Source: Tubiluchus corallicola (taxonomy: Eukaryota > Animalia > Priapulida). Taken from it: DNA of 47,267 nucleotides. Under the pieces are notes generated by a model. It searched no databases. It was not told where the DNA came from and saw only the letters and a program-made list of their open reading frames with translations. The stretch's first letter is position 1. Every line of letters starts with the position of its first letter. Both the position numbers and the translations under genes were made by a program. The stretch lies in assembly GCA_030141605.1 (NCBI GenBank), contig JAQGDQ010001324.1, positions 1-47,267 on the forward strand, read 5' to 3'. Positions 39,950 through 47,267 of this stretch are shown in pieces.

Positions 39950-39987
<38 letters not shown>

Positions 39988-39992
39988 TATAT
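39838..39992. repeat. (TA)n/(TATG)n repeats
   Basis: Seen directly. Confidence 0.92.
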
Positions 39993-41151
39993 AACTAATA
40001 CGTGCGTATATGATTTTATATAATACAAATATCTCAAATGATAACTTCTGTTTTGAAAGTTTTAAATAAATTTTATAGTTTGCAGTAAAGAGTACTAGGA
40101 CATAAGAACGTCAGAGCTATTTCCACCCACGCAGGTAATTTAGTTGAATTAGCATGAAGCTGCTCCTCTTTAATTGGATATAATCGTTTAACTTAATTAT
40201 TTTAATTAAAACGTGTATATATTTATCGTTTAAATGGTGTTGCCTTTATTAAATGTTGTTGGACAAAAAATTAATTAAATATGAAAATGAATTAACTCGC
40301 GTTAGTCCGAAAACCTTAATATAGCTGGCTTAGGAAATAATGATCTGTTGACGTTGTTATTATTCGGAAAAGATGAATTTAACCATGTTACTAACTGTAA
40401 AATATTCCAATGTATACATGACTTTATATTACGTACTTAACGCTTCCAGTAGTTTCTATCTGATATAAAATGAATCATTCTTAAATAATCGTACATTAAT
40501 ATTTACTAACCGTCATTTTCTACTAATGTCTAATGTATCACTGTAGTAAAACTTTAGTATACTAAAGTATACTAAAAACTAAGTATACTCTGTTCTTACT
40601 GTAAATGTTCTTGTAAATAGTGTATAAAGTCTGTTGTGGTGAGGATCGTAAATCATGTTGTACAAACTGTCTGATCCAATCCAAAATAAATTATGTTCAA
40701 ACTAAACTAACTGCGTTTATTAAACTGTACACTTAAGTTGAATATATTCTCGTACTTAACTGAATAAATAATTAGTGTAATTAATTAACTCTCTACTGAT
40801 TATGCGGTCAGTGATGATGTTGGCATTAAATTAGATCAAGTGGACACGAGTTTTGCGCAATCATAAAAACCACCTCGTTTCAAATTCCTTGCTATTTAGA
40901 GAAGCAGCGTGATGCTTCCCCGCTGTAAACGAACCGAAAACTGCCCCGAGCTTCAGTCTATTGTAGAAAGTTACCCACAAACTCATAGATAATGAACAAA
41001 AGCAAGATAATTGGCAGTTTGAACGCAAATAGTCCATTTTGGGCTGTTTAAAGAGATTTTATGATCATTTAATGCCAAGATGTTATAAATTTAATGGAAG
41101 GTAAATGCCGTCGTTGACACTAGAACCTAAGGACAAGTAAAATGATTTATA

Positions 41152-41475
<324 letters not shown>

Positions 41476-42684
41476 TGTCTCTCTGTCTCTCTCGATTTTT
41501 CACTTCCACCTTCTTTCTTTCTCTATTTTCTGTTTCTTTTTTCTTTCTTTCCTTTTTTGAAAGAAGTTATACTCCTTTCCTTTCGTGTCTTCCCTTATTT
41601 CTTTCCTTTTGCCAGGTTTCTTTTCACAGGTTTTCTTTTTTACGTTTATTATATGACCTTAATTTACTTTTTCCCTGTTTTCTTCTTTTTTACATCCTTT
41701 CAAATGCTCGTACTTCGTTTTTGTCTTCTCGGCCATTTGATATTTTGTTTCCTTTTAATCTTGACCAGTCCACTCAACCGCTAAGGCAAAATCATACAGT
41801 TAGACCTCCAGAATTTAAAAGTAAACTTGCGACTTGTAATTTGGAAGGATTACGTTAAAGATTTGTCAACACATCTGTAATAGCAAACATGCAACAGAAA
41901 GCAACAATTGCAGACTTCCTACAGAGCCAACAAGTGGACAAATTAAAAGATTATAACACCCCACGTTGTATTTAAAGAAATTTCAAACTGCGTAATATGC
42001 AGCCTAGAGCAAAGACCATCTCTCATACGCACTGCATGTTTCCATATCCTATGGAACACTATAGGCACTTAAATTACCCAACATTTATATAGTAAAGCTT
42101 CGTACAAAAGGAAGTCAACCTAAAATCCCAAGTTATCCATTAATGCTGGATTAAGTTAAGACAATATACCACGTGACATGAGATAATACATCACGTGACC
42201 AGTATGTAAAAGTTGCCACTTCATTCCTATAAGGCACGGGAGGAATTAGCTCAGTTGGCCGAGTTGCTTTGTATTTGTTTAATATGCATTCTTTGGGGCT
42301 AGAAAGTATCATGTAACTGGATTAACATATTATGGGTTAATTTGTACCTGTTTGTATACAAGTCGTTTAGCTAGACGTTATGACAAAGGTTAACTCCACT
42401 TCTAAAACAATAGCTTCCCCTTATCTTCAGTATTGGCAATTTTGCTATTGTTAAGGAATTACTGAGTAGGTAGGACATTCTTCATGATCGGTATGTAGGT
42501 AAGATCTCGTCGTCTCAGGTGAAAGTGAAAATAAAGTGACCTAAATGAACTCCAACAGGTGGAAAATTATTGTGGGCTAAAAATGCTTGTCAACCTTTTG
42601 AAGTTTCACAATTTCGAAAGAATTATTGGTAAAAATGACTTGTTGTTCCGTAGCGTTGGGAGTTTGAGTTCATAATTGCTGTAA

Positions 42685-42852
<168 letters not shown>

Positions 42853-42951
42853 TGTACATTATCCTATTAGTTATACAAAAGCATGATTGCTCAATAACTG
42901 GTGTTTAATTCAAACGTCCAAAATTCAAAATAATTCAGGTTACAGTTCAAT

Positions 42952-43113
42952 ATACAATTACACGTACAATTAATTAGCAAAACGTTTAGTAGACTTTATG
43001 TAGTTCTGCAACAATTTAAAGAGAATGCCACTGAATGGATGACCTGATCTGAATTTATGAAAAATGTCGTTGTAAATAATAGCAGGTCTAGGGTTGGCGT
43101 GTAATTCTTGAGT
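42952..43113 (-). repeat. Second copy of the dispersed repeat at 15524-15685
   Basis: Direct homology. Confidence 0.75.
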
Positions 43114-43132
43114 TACGTGTCGATAATAAGAG

Positions 43133-43610
43133 AGCTGATCCAATAATAGTGTTCTGTGTATGTCATAGCTGATTCAATAATAGTGTTCTGTGTATGTCAT
43201 AGCTGATTCAATAATAGTGTTCTGTGTATGTCATAGCTGATTCAATAATAGTGTTCTGTGTATGTCATAGATGACCCAGTAATACTGTTCTGTGTATGTC
43301 ATAGATGATCCAATAATAGTGTTCTGTGTATGTCATAGCTGATTCAATAATAGTGTTCTGTGTATGTCATAGCTGATTCAATAATAGTGTTCTGTGTATG
43401 TCATAGCTGATCCAATAATAGTGCTCTGTGTATGTCATAGCTGATGCAATAATAGTGTTCTGTGTATGTCATAGCTGATGCAATAATAGTGCTCTGTGTA
43501 TGTCATAGCTGATTCAATAATAGTATTTTGTGTATGTCATAGCTGATCCAGTAATAATGTTCTGTGTATGTCATAGTTGATCCAGTAATAATGTTCTGTG
43601 TATGTCACAG
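43133..43610. repeat. Minisatellite, 34-bp unit x ~14
   Basis: Unit agctgattcaataatagtgttctgtgtatgtcat. Confidence 0.97.
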
Positions 43611-44693
43611 TTTGAATACCGAAAAAATTAATGGCGGGCCTCTCAGTCGAAATGTTGCAGCTACAGGAAGTGTCATCGATAATATTCCTGGAAAACAAAT
43701 CACCTTTTAATTGTGAAAAATTGGCATTGAATTAAAATTAAATAAAGCTAATAAATAAATTCAAAATTGACCAACTGAACAAACAAACAGGTAAACAAAC
43801 AAACAAACAAATAGGCAAACATACAAACAATAATTAAGTAAACAGGTATAAGAAACAGCTTCGTTTGGACTGATTTCTTTTTACAGAGTAACTCAATTTT
43901 AAACTTAACTATATAGACCGGCTGAGTTTAGACACTCGAATAGACAATAACGTAAAATAAAATTTTTTTGCAAGTAAAAAATTAAACTACGCTCAACCGC
44001 ACAATAGCAACAGTGTTTGTTTCCCAAACGGCCATATTTTTATAGCTTTACAATTCGTGTTGATGACAACTGGTGAATAAAAGATAGAGCAAATAATAAG
44101 ATTTTAATGCAAACTTGGAACAGAAGTTCGTACATGCGGAAATAAATTCAATTCCACCTGGTTCTCTGTTTAATAAGCACGTTTTTCTTTATGCTCTTAC
44201 AAAGACAGTTTAATTCTGTACTGCGCATGCGCGGATGTCACCTGGATAGTATGCCAACGAATGTTTGATAGAAATTTTAGAAAAAGTACCATCTGTTTTC
44301 ACGTAGATTACTATTTGCGTTAGTTAATTTAGAGAAAAACGTAAAACGTTTAACTGTTGCGTGATTTTGCACAGCATTAGCGTTTCCTTATAACATGACA
44401 GTATTTATTTTGAGGTCACACTGACCCACGGTTTCCCGAAGTTAAGCTACGCCGAGGCTGACTAGTATATGGCTGGTGAGTGCCGACTACCAGAGTTCAA
44501 TTCTCACTCTGGGCGGTTTCATTCGTCACAAACATCCATATACCGTTAAATGCTGTGTGCTGAATTGGTTAAAAAGTAGGATGTATTTTAGCAAAAGCCA
44601 TATTTTCTAGATTATTTCGTAGTTTTAAGCTGCTAGGAAGTGTAATTTTTTATTATGATAGAGTAAATAATGTGCAATTTTCTTATACAACAA

Positions 44694-44975
<282 letters not shown>

Positions 44976-45166
44976 TATTTTATTCGTTATTTCAGCTCGT
45001 AGACATAGTCTTAAGTCATAAAAATACAATAATTACTAAAAAACTAATTATAAAACTATAAAATAACAATTTTTGAAGAAAAATAAGTAGAGAAATTAGT
45101 TAAAATACTTGCAAAAATTACATACGTTAAAAGCACATTAAAATTACATTTCAGTGGGCAAAAATT

Positions 45167-45271
<105 letters not shown>

Positions 45272-46447
45272 GTTTATTGCGACAAATGTGAAAAGGACAA
45301 CTTTTATCCCTCTTGCAGTACAGTTTTTTATAGTCTGAATTTACTTTTTCATTAAATTCTTAAATTCCCTATTGTACAAAATGACCAGCAATTTACAAAA
45401 ATTAACGGTTAGACAGCTTGTTTTAAGTATCTCGTCTTGTAAGGCTAAGCTATATAAAACACTACACCGTTACTACAAGTGTCTTGAAAATTATGATTGC
45501 AGTAGTGTTCTTAATAAAGTTGTCATATTAAACTCTTAAAGAATAACTTAATCTTAAACGATTAACTTTTAAAGAGGTATAATATTTAATGATTTAATAC
45601 TTGTTCGATGCCGCTTAAGCCTACAGCGAAATGCAAACACCATATGAGAACGGTTGGAGAAGCGAAGAGGAAACGTGACGCCCAAATCGATCATTCCGTC
45701 ACCAAGCTTCTCAAAGACGAAGCGAAGGAGACATTCTACTACAAATTGCAAAACACTGTTATCCTATTTTAATGCTGACCAAAACTCAAAACCTAAAACA
45801 AGCTAGTGAGCATTTTATAACATTTCAAAAACTATTTATTTTCTTAAAACTCGTTTGCGTGACTCACTCAGTGTTTTCACGGTCTTGTTGTGTGTATGGC
45901 CAGTTGCTGTAGATCAGAGGTTAAGTGTACCACAGCAATGCATCTTAAGTACAATCGTCACATGAGTTGTGGGTATAGCAAAGCCTTCTGCCGCATTAGT
46001 TCGGAAACTAACGTAACATGGAGTTTACTTAGTTATACATTAGTCTGTACGTAAAGTGATTTACTAGCAGGATGTTGCTTAGCAGTAAGAAAAAATGAAC
46101 TAAGTTAGGTTCTAGCTAGCTGTTAAAACTGTTATTATTAAAATAGGATGGGCTGCGATCCGTTATCAAGTGTACAGAAATGGGTTGTCTGGTACACTTA
46201 ACCTTTTCCCGATCATCGTCAATCGCTGGAACTGTGAAAATACTTACTGTGCAGGTTTTAAAAGTGCAAAGTAACTGTTTAGGTTCGTCTTACTTTTTTA
46301 CTATTTTGTGACAAGAGACGTGGATCAAAACGAATAATCTTGCTCAGAACTTTTCCTCTATAGGACGTTCACTTATCCCACTTTGGCTTTAAAATTACTC
46401 AATATCCCTTTAATGTGACTTTTAATTTAGATTATAAATTAAGGTTT

Positions 46448-46559
46448 ATCTTCATTGATACAAAATTTAAAGCAAAAAACACAAAAGTCCAACAGTCATT
46501 TGATCTTCATTGATACAAAATTTAAAGCAAAAAACACAAAAGTCCAACAGTCATTTGAT
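46448..46559. repeat. Perfect 55-bp tandem duplication
   Basis: atcttcattgatacaaaatttaaagcaaaaaacacaaaagtccaacagtcatttg x2. Confidence 0.95.
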
Positions 46560-47267
46560 GACGAATTTATTAATTAGGGTACAAGTTACACAAATTTTAT
46601 TTGTGTTAATCATTTGTGCACTTAGCCAAGTCGCATCCTATTTACATTTCGTTTCTATTTTTACGAATTCAGTTATAAAAAATCTTATCCAATTTCTATA
46701 GCCACTGTATAAGTTTCCACACGTACATAGGTTTTAACAATAATTAGGAACACAAGATGTTCTACTTTTTTCAAAGTTACGTTTCATTAAGTTTTGTTTC
46801 TTCATTTTCTCAGTTTACCTAAATATACAGCATCCGTTTATAGTTCACAGACAAATATACACCATCTTGAGGCAAGTTAAATAAAAACTTACGCACCACA
46901 TAGCTTGACCATCATAGCAATAATTTATAAACGCGTATAATACAGGTCTCTATAATACAAACAATGATAACATTCACTACAGTGAGCATGTACATAATAA
47001 ACATGTAATCAGTCACATTTGTTTTCTAAGCAAAAAAACGTTGAAATAAATGAAAAAGAAACACGAGGAAATAAAGGAGAATAAATAAGATTTAGCAAAT
47101 GTTCATTGTGTGACATACTAACAGAACAAATCGACTCTCGTTTGCAGGAGGTACTGTGAAAATTTACTAACCAAATACAAAAGAATTAATGAAACTATTA
47201 AAAAATCGCCAGGGAATCAGTCACAATTAACCCCCCGCCTCCCAAAATGAAAGGTCAGTACAACTTC

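Noticed and set aside
40551-40568. Perfect 18-bp palindrome actttagtatactaaagt
   Set aside because: AT-rich, part of a short agtatact repeat, and has no supporting context.
42230-42250. TAAGGCACG, matching the 5' end of miR-124
   Set aside because: The match stops after 9 nt and there is no complementary precursor arm.

Overview
This is AT-rich, microsatellite-dense animal (invertebrate-like) genomic DNA; the taxon cannot be determined from this window. Most ORFs in the supplied track are simple-repeat artefacts. Two minus-strand spliced genes can be reconstructed by hand. (1) A 5-exon, ~321-aa short-prodomain effector caspase (caspase-3/7-like, 8354->3841) with an atypical QTCRG catalytic motif and a ~42-aa insertion right after the catalytic His. 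(2) A 2-exon neurogenin/tap bHLH gene (36891->33799, ~274 aa). Between them is a ~25-kb gene desert with candidate CTCF sites and enhancer-like motif clusters, TTAA-flanked Kolobok-type MITEs, LINE 3' remnants, two fold-back elements with hammerhead-like remnants, and minisatellites. A hAT-type MITE and one Kolobok-type MITE sit in caspase introns. The window opens with a 2.3-kb inverted duplication whose inner left arm differs from the right arm almost only by TpA->TpG changes, which may be a long-read fold-back artefact or a real hypermutation signature. All alignments and coordinates were done by eye.
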